DNA from: a candidate division WWE3 bacterium
GTDB taxonomy: Bacteria; Patescibacteriota; WWE3; UBA101185; UBA10185
Direction: 5' to 3'
Length of the DNA: 64,000 bases
NCBI GenBank assembly: GCA_014729135.1
Contig: WJKK01000001.1
Location: forward strand, 455,599-519,598
Numbering within the stretch: position 1 is the stretch's first letter; each line of letters starts with the position of its first letter. The position numbers and the translations under genes are program-made. The notes under the pieces were generated by a model. It did not search any database, was not told the DNA's origin, and was given only the letters and a program-made list of their open reading frames with translations. Positions 9,196-19,189 of this stretch are shown here, one piece after another.

Positions 9196-9881
9196 TAAAT
9201 AAGTTGCACAAATCTAAACTTTTAGGGACTATCTTTCATACACTCGATTATTGTTTACAAAAAGAGCTTGGTGATTGTAGGAGTGCTTTAGATTTAGGAT
9301 GTGGCCCCAATTCCCCTATTACTAAGTGTGTAAATATTGAACATTCTGTAGGCGTTGAGCTTTTCAAGCCTTATCTTAAAGAGGCTAGGGAAAATAGGAC
9401 ACATGATGAGTTCATTGAAGGAGATATTTTAGAGTTAGATTTTGAAGAGAATTCTTTTGATGCAGTTATTTTAATTGATGTTTTGGAGCATTTAAATAAA
9501 TCTTCCGGAAAGGCTGTTTTAGAGAGAGCCAAGAAGTGGGCTAAGAAGAAAGTGGTCGTAACTACGCCTAATGGTTTTATTGAGCAGGCTCCCGTGGATG
9601 AAAATCCCCATCAAGCGCATAAATCCGGTTGGAATTATAATGATATGCTTTCCTTAGGTTTTGAGGTTTATGGGTTGGCTGGGTTAAAATATTTGAGAAG
9701 AGCTAAAGAGGAGGATGACTCCATGGATGATAATTTACTTGTTTCTATAAAATATAAACCCAAGTTTTTCTGGTTTGGGATTGCTACTTTTAGTCAGATT
9801 TTTACTTATTTCTTTCCAGAACATGCTTTCGAGCTGTTTTGTGTTAAACATGACAATTTCAGTGGTAATACCTCTCCATAA
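9180..9881 (+). CDS. class I SAM-dependent methyltransferase (module copy 1, gene B)
   Basis: LDLGCG, FDAV and DVLEHL. Confidence 0.9.
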   Translation: MLKSVINKLHKSKLLGTIFHTLDYCLQKELGDCRSALDLGCGPNSPITKCVNIEHSVGVELFKPYLKEARENRTHDEFIEGDILELDFEENSFDAVILIDVLEHLNKSSGKAVLERAKKWAKKKVVVTTPNGFIEQAPVDENPHQAHKSGWNYNDMLSLGFEVYGLAGLKYLRRAKEEDDSMDDNLLVSIKYKPKFFWFGIATFSQIFTYFFPEHAFELFCVKHDNFSGNTSP

Positions 9882-10809
9882 TGGTTCAACTACCATAATT
9901 GAAACTCTAAAAAGTTTGGAGTCTCATATAGGTTTGGTTGATGAGGTCTTTATTATGGAAAATGGATCTACTGATAACTCTCTGCAGCTTGTCCAAGATT
10001 ATGTGGATAGGAGTACCCACGGAAAGTATGTTCTATTCTCTACCTCCACTTCGCTTGGATTGTCTGGGGCATACAACAAGGGTATAGAAATGTCATCTGG
10101 TGATTTAATCATTACTCTTCATCAGGATGTCCTCCTAAAGGATTATGCAGTAGCCTCTTTGTTAGAACCTTTTTTTTCTGCAGAGAAAGGCGTTGTAGCT
10201 ACAAGTCATTGTGTTGAACATCCTAGCTTTGTATGGCGTGCATATCCTTTTTGGCAGAGATGCTTGTTCTCACGGCTTCTTGGCAAGACTTACTGTGGTT
10301 TGGACGGGAAGTTTGACTGTTTTTCCAGGGCTGCCCTTTATGAGGTGGGATTGTTTGATTCATTAAGGTTTAGGACTGCAGGTGAGGACGGGGATATAAG
10401 AAAGCGTTTATTAAAGAAAGGTAGAATTTCAAAAACGGAAAGCTTGATAATTCATTTACATGCCGTATCTGATAAATTCTCCATTTGGGATTACTTTTAC
10501 AAACATATGCAGTATAGTGAAGCCCAGGGTGTGCTTTTAAGGAAACACGGTATTGATAGCATCCAGAATTTTCTAAAGTCTTTTTTCAGAGAAGTTCTAG
10601 CTGTAGGTGTTCTTTTTCCCTATGTGCGCCTCATTTTTCTCCCTTTAACTCTTTTTTACGCTATTTGGTATTGTAAGAACAGCATTATTCACTGTGATAA
10701 AGAAGACCTCGCTAAATTACTTCTGATAGTTCCTGTAAATGTAGTGTTATTGTACGTCAGTTTTTTTTGTTCGCTAAAGGGATTTTTGTTAAAGAGACAG
10801 CGATTTTAG
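9850..10809 (+). CDS. GT2 glycosyltransferase with C-terminal TMs (module copy 1, gene C)
   Basis: ISVVIPLHN, ENGSTD, LHQD and AGEDGD. Confidence 0.9.
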   Translation: MTISVVIPLHNGSTTIIETLKSLESHIGLVDEVFIMENGSTDNSLQLVQDYVDRSTHGKYVLFSTSTSLGLSGAYNKGIEMSSGDLIITLHQDVLLKDYAVASLLEPFFSAEKGVVATSHCVEHPSFVWRAYPFWQRCLFSRLLGKTYCGLDGKFDCFSRAALYEVGLFDSLRFRTAGEDGDIRKRLLKKGRISKTESLIIHLHAVSDKFSIWDYFYKHMQYSEAQGVLLRKHGIDSIQNFLKSFFREVLAVGVLFPYVRLIFLPLTLFYAIWYCKNSIIHCDKEDLAKLLLIVPVNVVLLYVSFFCSLKGFLLKRQRF

Positions 10810-10898
10810 TCACTATGTTGCTTGCATAGTTGGCCAGGACTTTGAAACGCTCTTAAAGAATTTTTATTTGATTTTTATCATTGTATAATAGCTACGTT

Positions 10899-12077
10899 AT
10901 GCCAGTAAAAAGAGTAGCGTTTTTTATGTTGCCCAGACTTACCAGCGCAGCTGGGGCTGGGAAGTATTTTATCGAAATGGCCAGAAATGTAGGCAAATCC
11001 GGTAAAAGGGTTGATGTCATTACTCTTAATAAGAAGGATTTCTTAGTTTTCAGGCGCTTGCTTAGAATTTTCTACCATTTAGACTTTTTTTCACCGCTTG
11101 ACGCCAGTGGAACCGAGACAGAAGAGGCCATAAATGCTTTACTGGGACCTGCTAATTGGTTAGAACTTTCCCTCTCTGCTCTTAAGAAATCTCTTCGGAG
11201 TTATGATGTTATATATACCAAGAATGAGTTAGTGGAACTTTTAGTTTTAAAAATGTTGGGTTACTCAGAGTTACCCCCTATTGTAGTTGGTGTACATACG
11301 CCCCTCCGCTATGAAAGAGGTTCCTCTTTACTATCAAAGTTTCATAATTTCATATATGCTGGGTTTGTATATAGATGGCTTCTCTCTGGTGTTTCCTGTG
11401 TGCATGCCTCTAACAGATATACTAAGGATTTTGTGGAGAGAAGATTTAAGGTCCCTTGTATCCTAGTTAACTATCCTTTTTCTAGCAAAGAAATGTTAAC
11501 AACCGCAAAAGAATACCATTTTGATGATTATGATTTCTCTGATGAAAAGTTAAACTGTGCATTTATTGCGCGTTTAGGAGAACAGAAGGGTGTAGGAACC
11601 TTAGTACGATTATTACATAGAGTAGCAGAATTTTCAGAGCTAAAAAGTCGAGTTAGATTTAATATATTTGGGGAGGGGGATATGCGCTCTTTGGTCGAGA
11701 CTGCGGCCTCTCAATACGAGTTTGTCAATTATTTTGGTTATGTGGAAAATAGATACGTACCTTCGATTCTATCCGACCAAGATCTTTTTATTTCTACTTC
11801 TGGGTGGGAGGTTTTTCCCTTTAATATACTGGAAGCCCAGTCCATGGGTGTTCCTGTTATAGCTTTCAAGATCCCAGGTCCTGAGGATATAATAGAGCAT
11901 TCGAGAACAGGCTATCTCGCCAATGATTTTGAAGATTTCTTCCATTATTTGACTCTTGTCGTCCGAGGGAAGGTGGATTTTTCTCAGGATTTTATTATCC
12001 AACGAATAGATGAAAAGTATGCTCCCCCTATAATCATTAAAAAATTCATAAATATGCTCGAGGAGTTTTCAAATTGA
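10899..12077 (+). CDS. GT4 glycosyltransferase
   Basis: ARLGEQKG and EVFPFNILEAQSMGVPVI. TATAAT 9 nt before ATG 10899. Confidence 0.9.
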   Translation: MPVKRVAFFMLPRLTSAAGAGKYFIEMARNVGKSGKRVDVITLNKKDFLVFRRLLRIFYHLDFFSPLDASGTETEEAINALLGPANWLELSLSALKKSLRSYDVIYTKNELVELLVLKMLGYSELPPIVVGVHTPLRYERGSSLLSKFHNFIYAGFVYRWLLSGVSCVHASNRYTKDFVERRFKVPCILVNYPFSSKEMLTTAKEYHFDDYDFSDEKLNCAFIARLGEQKGVGTLVRLLHRVAEFSELKSRVRFNIFGEGDMRSLVETAASQYEFVNYFGYVENRYVPSILSDQDLFISTSGWEVFPFNILEAQSMGVPVIAFKIPGPEDIIEHSRTGYLANDFEDFFHYLTLVVRGKVDFSQDFIIQRIDEKYAPPIIIKKFINMLEEFSN

Positions 12078-12138
12078 ACACAGGTATTTCCACTTTTTAT
12101 GCCGTATAGTCTTTTTTTAATCTGGGGTTTTACTTTCT

Positions 12139-15100
12139 ATGCTTAAATTCTTTTCTATTTTTAGGGATTATTCGGGATTCATTGGGGGTGACCAACTTTG
12201 GCTTCTTAATCCCTCTTTCAAGGGTATTTTACAGTCCGTCGCAACCTTTAATTACGGATCTGTTTCTTTTATTTCTGAGTTTTTCCCGTTGCAGGCCCTA
12301 TATTTGTTGTTTTCTGGGGTTGACCTAATTTACTTTCAATTGTTTTATGTCCTTTTTTTACACATAGTTGCTATTGTATCCTTTCATTTTTTATTACGCA
12401 CTCTTTTCAAGAGGGTATTTTTAGGGGTATCTCTCCTTTATGGCGCGAATTGCTTTGTAGTATCCTCATTTTTTCAGGATCGCTTAATGCCCATTTTTGC
12501 ACTATTTCCTCTTATATTCTTACTGTACTACAGACTGTTACACCAAAGAGATCTGAAATCTATTCTTTTTATCTCTCTATTAACCCCATTTTTCTCTGGG
12601 TCGTTGATTAACCCCCCTGTTGTTTTGTCTTTCTGTCTAATCCTCTTTCTTTATTTTGTCCACTATATCTATACTGAGAGAGATGTCGACTGGTCTTTCC
12701 TTTTACTCAGTCATTTTGCGTTGGGTTTTTTACTGATACTTGTTAATTTTTGGCACTTGACTACTTTAATTCCCTTTTTATTGTCTGGCTCGGATATCTC
12801 TTCTAAGGTTAATAGTTTTCGTGCTACAGGATCAGGTTATCTCTTTGATCACTTTAGGCTGCTGGGGCGTTGGTCCTGGTATACAGGCCATTACAAGTAT
12901 CCCTATTATTTGCATGCTTCCGACTACTATAAATTTCCCCTGATAGTTATTACTTATAGCACGCTTCTTTTTCCCTTGATATTCCTATACAAACTGTTGT
13001 CTTCCTGGCAGTATTCTAAGAAAGATAAAAGGTTGTACTCCTTTGCTGCTTTCCTATATCTGGTATCCATTTTTTTGGTTAATGGTTCAAAGCATCTTTT
13101 AGGTGTCCTGTTCAATTTGGTCTATTTATCTCATCCCTATTTTTGGATATTCCGGGAGCCTTATACCAAGTTTATGCCCCTCGCTGTATTCTCTCTGCCT
13201 ATAATATATAATGGTGCTTTTCTTTACGCTAGCCGTAAATTTAAGAGAGTAACTTACAGGCTTATCGCTGCTCTTTTCTTTCTGTTTATTTCTCTTGGGG
13301 TATACCCCATTGTCCTGGATAAGTTCAGCCCTGGTTATTGGAATGGAAATATGCGGTCTACCTTCTTCAAGATACCTAAGTACTGGGTGGAACTACGTTC
13401 TTACCTGCAAAAGGATTTTGGGGGTCATAAGAGGTTATTTGCTTTCCCTTATACAACTTATGGTACTGCCTACAATTGGTTGGAAGGGCTGTCCTCTACC
13501 ACTGACTTTGGCCGGCTCTATTTAGATATGTCTAACGTAAGTGCCACTCCCTTTAGTCTTAAATACTCCGACTTCATTATAAATAGCATTTACTCTCCCA
13601 GCGAGGCTACCTATTCTGCAAATTTTTTAGGTTTTCTCAATATCTTTTATGTTATTCAAGAAAACGATGTAGATTGGCGTTATGCCAGCTCCCGTACATT
13701 AGATCCTCAAAAGATGAATCAAATCATTTCCTCTATGGATTTAGAGCTTATAGAAACTTTTGGTCAATTTACCCCTAATTACTTGGAGCAGATTCCAAAT
13801 GAGGAACCTGATGATTCTCTCCGTAACGAAATGTACGTTAAGCTTTTGGGAGAGCCCGGCCTTGAGCTATATAAAATTCCTGATAAATACTACCTTCCGA
13901 AATTTTACGTTCCTAATCAGTACAATCATGTTTCTGGAAACTTTGATGATTTATTGAAACTGTATTCCGCCGAAAATACTGTTCGTGAGCCTGTCTACTA
14001 TTTTAGTTCAGAAGGATATCCTCAGACAGACTTTAGTGCACGTCCCCAACCTAGCAGGACCTTTGTGATAGGTTATTTGGATGAACCTCGTATAGATTTC
14101 GGTAAGCTTTTTTGGCATGAAGGCTGGGGTCTTCCTTCTGTGTCGGTAAATCCTAAAGATTCGAAGTACCGGCTGGTGCTATTAAAAGAGGGTGTGGAAA
14201 TTTTCAAAGAGCGGGACTATCTGCAGGAGGCCGATTTGCACGTTTGGTTTGCCTCCAAGCGTGTTGCCGAAATACAGGAGTTTGAGTTAAAAGGTGCTGC
14301 TTTAGAGCGCGCCGTTGATAACCTAGAAGGTCACTTGAATAGGGCTATGTTCTTACTTGAAGAGAATCCTGTTTTGGAATTTGATGCCGAAGCATATGAG
14401 ACTTATTGGGGTATGGTCGCAAAGGTGTTGATGTATAGCCAGAACAATATTGCTGCTCTGAAGGACTATCCTGCAGTAGAGTCTTCTGCCATTGAAGCTT
14501 TAATAGAGCGGTGTCATGCGTTTTACACATGGATAGAATCCCGCAATGATTACTCCTGTGAAGATACCTCTGTACCTTGTTACGTCTTTGATGTTCCCGT
14601 TGGCGGGGAGTATGAGTTTTCCGGGGGAGATGCGCGGATATTCCTGGAATCAGGCGAGTATAGCCGTAATGTACCTTCTGACTTTCCTTTAGTGAAGGCG
14701 GTGGAATCTCTTCCTTTGGAGGTTTTGTCTCCTACTGTGGAGATCCCTAATTGGGATGCGGACAAGGACTACCGTGTTTCCTTTGATTACAAGATTTTAA
14801 ATAGTTCCGTAGAAGTGGGTGTGCTTGAAGAACAATGGGACTATGGTGTGATAGGAGATGAGATTGGAAAGGTGGATTGGGAAAAAGTTCGCCAGGGCGA
14901 TTTTCCCGTGAGGAGGGAGCGGACTCAAGAACATGTTTTGAACTCTTCTCAAATCTGCTTCAGGGAAGGTGCGGTTTGTTATTCCAACTTCGAAATGATA
15001 GTAAATCCCTCTCGGAATAGTGTCGCCGGTTCCATTTATTTTAAGTTACCCTTGGAACAGGATTTTACAAAGAAGATTGAGATTAAGAATATTAAAATAG

Positions 15101-15663
15101 AGGAGTATACTGAGCCCTTTGTTTACTTGAAAGCTTTGGAGGTGTTGTCTCCCAAAGAACAGACTCCCCAAATAGAGTTTGAACGGGTAAATCCGACCAA
15201 ATATAAAGTACAGGTCTCCGGAGTGACCTCGCCTTTTGATTTGGTTTTTATTGAAAGCTATCATAAAGGGTGGAAACTTTATGCTCCTCAAAGTTCCAGG
15301 AGTATCGCTTTAAGGGATAGGTTTTTTGCATTGTTTGCAAATATCGGGCGCGGCTTGGTAGATGTTTTTGAATTAAATCTAGTAGCTGACTCGGGAATAT
15401 TCTTAGATAGTAAGACTTTTGAAACTTGGGGTAAGGAAGCGGTTCCTTTTGAAAATCACTTTATAGCAAATGGTTTTGCCAATTCCTGGAGAGTTACACC
15501 TGAAATGGTTGAGGATGGGGAAGGTACCTTTATTGTTGAATTTTGGTATCAGAGGTTGTTTTATGTGGGAATTTTTATTTCTGGTTTAACCTTTATTTTA
15601 GTTTGTACGTACTTAGTTATTGTTTTTCTAAAGAATGCCTACACCCAAGTGGTTAAAAGATAA
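12139..15663 (+). CDS. large polytopic GT-C-like membrane protein (AftD/YfhO-like architecture) with a large extracytoplasmic region and C-terminal TM anchor
   Basis: Many N-terminal TMs with FREPYTKF and KIPKYW. C-terminal NPTKYKV..ESYHKGW..HFIANGFANSW..QRLFYVG. Confidence 0.7.
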   Translation: MLKFFSIFRDYSGFIGGDQLWLLNPSFKGILQSVATFNYGSVSFISEFFPLQALYLLFSGVDLIYFQLFYVLFLHIVAIVSFHFLLRTLFKRVFLGVSLLYGANCFVVSSFFQDRLMPIFALFPLIFLLYYRLLHQRDLKSILFISLLTPFFSGSLINPPVVLSFCLILFLYFVHYIYTERDVDWSFLLLSHFALGFLLILVNFWHLTTLIPFLLSGSDISSKVNSFRATGSGYLFDHFRLLGRWSWYTGHYKYPYYLHASDYYKFPLIVITYSTLLFPLIFLYKLLSSWQYSKKDKRLYSFAAFLYLVSIFLVNGSKHLLGVLFNLVYLSHPYFWIFREPYTKFMPLAVFSLPIIYNGAFLYASRKFKRVTYRLIAALFFLFISLGVYPIVLDKFSPGYWNGNMRSTFFKIPKYWVELRSYLQKDFGGHKRLFAFPYTTYGTAYNWLEGLSSTTDFGRLYLDMSNVSATPFSLKYSDFIINSIYSPSEATYSANFLGFLNIFYVIQENDVDWRYASSRTLDPQKMNQIISSMDLELIETFGQFTPNYLEQIPNEEPDDSLRNEMYVKLLGEPGLELYKIPDKYYLPKFYVPNQYNHVSGNFDDLLKLYSAENTVREPVYYFSSEGYPQTDFSARPQPSRTFVIGYLDEPRIDFGKLFWHEGWGLPSVSVNPKDSKYRLVLLKEGVEIFKERDYLQEADLHVWFASKRVAEIQEFELKGAALERAVDNLEGHLNRAMFLLEENPVLEFDAEAYETYWGMVAKVLMYSQNNIAALKDYPAVESSAIEALIERCHAFYTWIESRNDYSCEDTSVPCYVFDVPVGGEYEFSGGDARIFLESGEYSRNVPSDFPLVKAVESLPLEVLSPTVEIPNWDADKDYRVSFDYKILNSSVEVGVLEEQWDYGVIGDEIGKVDWEKVRQGDFPVRRERTQEHVLNSSQICFREGAVCYSNFEMIVNPSRNSVAGSIYFKLPLEQDFTKKIEIKNIKIEEYTEPFVYLKALEVLSPKEQTPQIEFERVNPTKYKVQVSGVTSPFDLVFIESYHKGWKLYAPQSSRSIALRDRFFALFANIGRGLVDVFELNLVADSGIFLDSKTFETWGKEAVPFENHFIANGFANSWRVTPEMVEDGEGTFIVEFWYQRLFYVGIFISGLTFILVCTYLVIVFLKNAYTQVVKR

Positions 15664-16000
15664 AAAGAGTATTTTGCAGAAATTTCGGAGTGTGGGAGTT
15701 GCGGGCACACTAACACCTATCCTGGCCTTGGGAATGTTTGTTGATATTTTCCTTTTAGAAAAAGATGCAAATCTTCTAGTGGCATTTCTTTTGATTATTG
15801 TGCTTATTCTTATGCGCTCTCTTTCTTTAGGGTGGGAGTTCTTTATGAAGGTTGGTTTGGGATTCTTAGCCACTTTTCCTTTTTTTGTTTGGATTGATGC
15901 CTGGGCCATTGCAGAAAAGATGGCTGTTTGGTGTTACCTTTCTTTGTTTATTTCCTGCGTGAAACTGTTGGTGCGGGTGCGAGAGGAGAATTCATGCTAG
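15635..16000 (+). CDS. small 4-TM membrane protein
   Basis: Hydrophobic 121-aa ORF overlapping both neighbours in operon. Confidence 0.7.
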   Translation: MPTPKWLKDKKSILQKFRSVGVAGTLTPILALGMFVDIFLLEKDANLLVAFLLIIVLILMRSLSLGWEFFMKVGLGFLATFPFFVWIDAWAIAEKMAVWCYLSLFISCVKLLVRVREENSC

Positions 16001-17541
16001 TTCTGGGCGGTTTGGATGATCAACTTTCATTTTTAATATGGACAAAAGTTTCTGAGAGCGTTTTTCAGCTGCCTTCTGCGTATAGTTTTTACCAAGATAA
16101 GCTCTGGGGTTTTATTCGGCCATTTGCCACAAGTAGACCGCTGTTCTCTTTTTTAAGTTCTGTCCTGGGTACTTTACTGGGGAGTTATGCTTATCCTCTG
16201 TTGATTGTTGTTTCAATAACTTTGGGGTTTTACTTTGTGCACAGGTTTTTTGGTCGTAGGAGATATACGATCGGTTATGCCCTGCTGTTTGTTTTTTCCG
16301 CCTACTTTTGGAATCATTACGATATTCATTTACCCTTGGCGCAGCTGTGGTTGGTCCCGCTGCTTCTTATGGATCTCAAAAAACGTTGTGTTTTACTTAT
16401 TGGCTTCCTTTTTGCCGCATCTTTGGCCGTTTCCAACTACATCGGATTCTTTCTCTTGATTTACTTTACACTTTACTCCTTCCTTAAATTTATTTATGAA
16501 AAAGATTGGAGATATGTTAAGAAATTTGCAGTAGTCTCAGCTCTTACGGCACTGTTTTCGCTCCCTTTTCTGTTTCCCTTTATTCGCGCCAATTATATCC
16601 GCCCGCCGATGGAGGTTGTCTCCACGGTGCAAGTCGTTCAGCGCCCCTACGAAGACTTTTTCCACTTCAGCTCTCGTCCTTGGTATTTTTTCATCCCTCC
16701 TGTTAAGAATCCTTGGTTAGGAGAGGTGGGACAAAAGATGGTTGCGCGTTTGGAGGCTACAAATTATTTTTTGGCGGATGATTATTTTCCGGGGGAACAT
16801 TCAGCTAATTACTTTGGCTTAATCTTTCTTATTTCTGTTACGGTTTTATCTATACTTGTTCTTCGAAGTGATTCTTCTGCTCCGAAGAAAAAGATAACCT
16901 TTTATTGGGTTTTGAACTTTTTGCTTTACCTTTTTATGCTTCCCCCGTTTTTTACTATTTCCGGGATAAAGATCTATACACCCGGAGAGTTGATGTACCG
17001 CTTTTTCCCTATGTTTAGGGTGACTACTAGGATGGCTCCGTTGTTGCTCTTAAATTTTCTGATTATCTTGGCAACTTCTGTGGATTACCTTTCGCGCCAG
17101 TCCGAAAAGTATAAGAAGTTCTTTCGGGTTTTTGTGCCGGTTTTAACCCTGATTACTTTAGCTGAGACTTTTATTCCCCCCAAAATTGTTTATTACAATG
17201 AACCCCCTGCCGTCTACTCCTATTTAGGTGAAATAGCCTCTCAGAAGAAGTTCGCCGTCTATCCCTATAGCCAAACGGATGAGGCTTTCTTCTGGTTAGA
17301 TGCTCATAAGGCCTATTTATTGAACCTCCGTGGTTATTCGGAGGAGGTTTATAACACAGAAGTTTTTACTAAGTCCCTTCCTACTCTAGGGGGAATCTCG
17401 ATCCTGGGGTCCCTAGGGGGAGAGTATCTGGTGGTATATAGGGATATTCCAAAAGAAGAGTTTGAATTTTTTTCAACAACCTCTCAGTTAGTGAGGGTGA
17501 AGGAGTTCCCAAATTCGGTGATCTATAAGGTGGTTAAATGA
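15994..17541 (+). CDS. polytopic GT-C-like membrane protein
   Basis: Many TMs with a PMFRVTTR motif. GAGGAG SD before ATG 15994. Confidence 0.65.
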   Translation: MLVLGGLDDQLSFLIWTKVSESVFQLPSAYSFYQDKLWGFIRPFATSRPLFSFLSSVLGTLLGSYAYPLLIVVSITLGFYFVHRFFGRRRYTIGYALLFVFSAYFWNHYDIHLPLAQLWLVPLLLMDLKKRCVLLIGFLFAASLAVSNYIGFFLLIYFTLYSFLKFIYEKDWRYVKKFAVVSALTALFSLPFLFPFIRANYIRPPMEVVSTVQVVQRPYEDFFHFSSRPWYFFIPPVKNPWLGEVGQKMVARLEATNYFLADDYFPGEHSANYFGLIFLISVTVLSILVLRSDSSAPKKKITFYWVLNFLLYLFMLPPFFTISGIKIYTPGELMYRFFPMFRVTTRMAPLLLLNFLIILATSVDYLSRQSEKYKKFFRVFVPVLTLITLAETFIPPKIVYYNEPPAVYSYLGEIASQKKFAVYPYSQTDEAFFWLDAHKAYLLNLRGYSEEVYNTEVFTKSLPTLGGISILGSLGGEYLVVYRDIPKEEFEFFSTTSQLVRVKEFPNSVIYKVVK

Positions 17542-18530
17542 GTGTAAGTGTAGTAATACCAGCCTATAAAGGTACTCCTTACATAAGAGAAACCTTAGAT
17601 TCCATATTTTCCCAAACGCACACGAAATTTGAGCTTATAATTTGCAATGATTCCCAAGAAGACGAAGAAAAGCTTCAAGAAATTCTAAGCGAGTACCCAC
17701 AAGAACAAATAAAATTCTATCAGAATGAAAAGAACCTAGGGTATCCATTGAACTTAAAAAAATGTGTTGAAAAGTCCACAGGAGATATTCTCTTTTTAAT
17801 GGGGCAGGACGATATTTTACTTGACCCTAAAGTTTTTGAGAAAGCCCTGGAAATATTTGAAAAACATCCCCGGATAGGAGCTATCACTCGCCCTTATTAT
17901 TGGTTTGAGGAGAAAGTAACTCAGCCAATTAGACAAGTTCCCAAATACCACAAAAGGATAATAAACCCTCAGGAAGCCACTTCAACAGACTTAAAAGCCG
18001 TATTAGAAACACTTGGGCAGCTTTCCGGCTTGGTTTATAGAAAAAAGCTAATCACGCATCCCTTTAACGAAAATGTTTTCACTGCTCACATTTACCCTTT
18101 TTTATCTATTATGAAAACAAACTATATTTACTTTTGGGAAGATTTTATGGTTGCAGTAAGAACTTCCAGTAGCCAAACTCGTTCTAAAGCAAGTATTTAT
18201 AATCCTTCACCTACTAAGACTTGGGTGGAGATGTTTAAAACTGTTTTTCCCGAGAAAGAATTTACCCACATTAGGAGAATCGGTATTGACCACATTACGC
18301 AAAATTACATTGGTTTGGTTCAAATAAAAAATTACGGGCGTTTTAAGGATTTAATTATAGATATTTATTATTTAATAAAACATCGTCCAAAAAATTTGCT
18401 TAGTCCTAGCTTTTGGTTAATTGGTTTAGGAGTTTTACTTATTCCCAAAGTTTTTTTACGCAGTTTAGTAGACTGGTATAAAAACGTGCTCAATAAAAGT
18501 AGGTTAAAAAATTTACTACATGAAAATTAA
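17538..18530 (+). CDS. GT2 glycosyltransferase (module copy 2, gene A)
   Basis: VSVVIPAY and MGQDD; paralog of 8170-9195. Confidence 0.9.
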   Translation: MSVSVVIPAYKGTPYIRETLDSIFSQTHTKFELIICNDSQEDEEKLQEILSEYPQEQIKFYQNEKNLGYPLNLKKCVEKSTGDILFLMGQDDILLDPKVFEKALEIFEKHPRIGAITRPYYWFEEKVTQPIRQVPKYHKRIINPQEATSTDLKAVLETLGQLSGLVYRKKLITHPFNENVFTAHIYPFLSIMKTNYIYFWEDFMVAVRTSSSQTRSKASIYNPSPTKTWVEMFKTVFPEKEFTHIRRIGIDHITQNYIGLVQIKNYGRFKDLIIDIYYLIKHRPKNLLSPSFWLIGLGVLLIPKVFLRSLVDWYKNVLNKSRLKNLLHEN

Positions 18531-19188
18531 GTCTCTTTATCAAAATGCATTTTTAGAAAGAATCTTTAAGACACATTTGTACTTATTGAAAAGGGAATTG
18601 GCAGAAATGAATAGTGTTTTAGATTTGGGTTGTGGTCCCAATTCTCCATTGCAAAATTGCCCCGGTATTCAGTATAGTCTAGGTGTTGATGCTTTTTCCC
18701 CCTATTTAGAAAGGAGCAGGGAAAAAAATATTCACAACGATTATCTTTTGCAGAACATTAAAGATTTGAAATTTGATGAGAATAGTTTCGAGGCTGTGTT
18801 GTTATTGGATGTGTTAGAGCACTTACCCAAGGAAGAAGGCTTAGCTATGTTGGGAAAAGCTCAGAGGTGGGCTAAGAATAAAGTTATAGTAAGTACCCCT
18901 AATGGTTTTATTAAGCAGCCTTCCGTAGACAAAAATCCCCTACAGAAACATCTTTCCGGCTGGACTGTAAAGGATTTTAAGAATCTGGGTTTTAGTGTGC
19001 GGGGCTTGGCTGGTTTAAGGTTCCTTAGAAAAGCAAAGGAAGAGGGGGATTCAATGGATGATGATATTCTGGTTTCCATGAAGTACAAACCCCGCCTATT
19101 TTGGTTTTTTATAGCCGTGCTAAGTCAAACAATTACTTACTTTTGGCCAAAGAAAGCGTTTGGGCTTTTTTGCGTGAAAGACTTGTGA
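18520..19188 (+). CDS. class I SAM methyltransferase (module copy 2, gene B)
   Basis: LDLGCGPNSP and DVLEHL; paralog of 9180-9881. Confidence 0.9.
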   Translation: MKIKSLYQNAFLERIFKTHLYLLKRELAEMNSVLDLGCGPNSPLQNCPGIQYSLGVDAFSPYLERSREKNIHNDYLLQNIKDLKFDENSFEAVLLLDVLEHLPKEEGLAMLGKAQRWAKNKVIVSTPNGFIKQPSVDKNPLQKHLSGWTVKDFKNLGFSVRGLAGLRFLRKAKEEGDSMDDDILVSMKYKPRLFWFFIAVLSQTITYFWPKKAFGLFCVKDL

Positions 19189-19189
19189 A

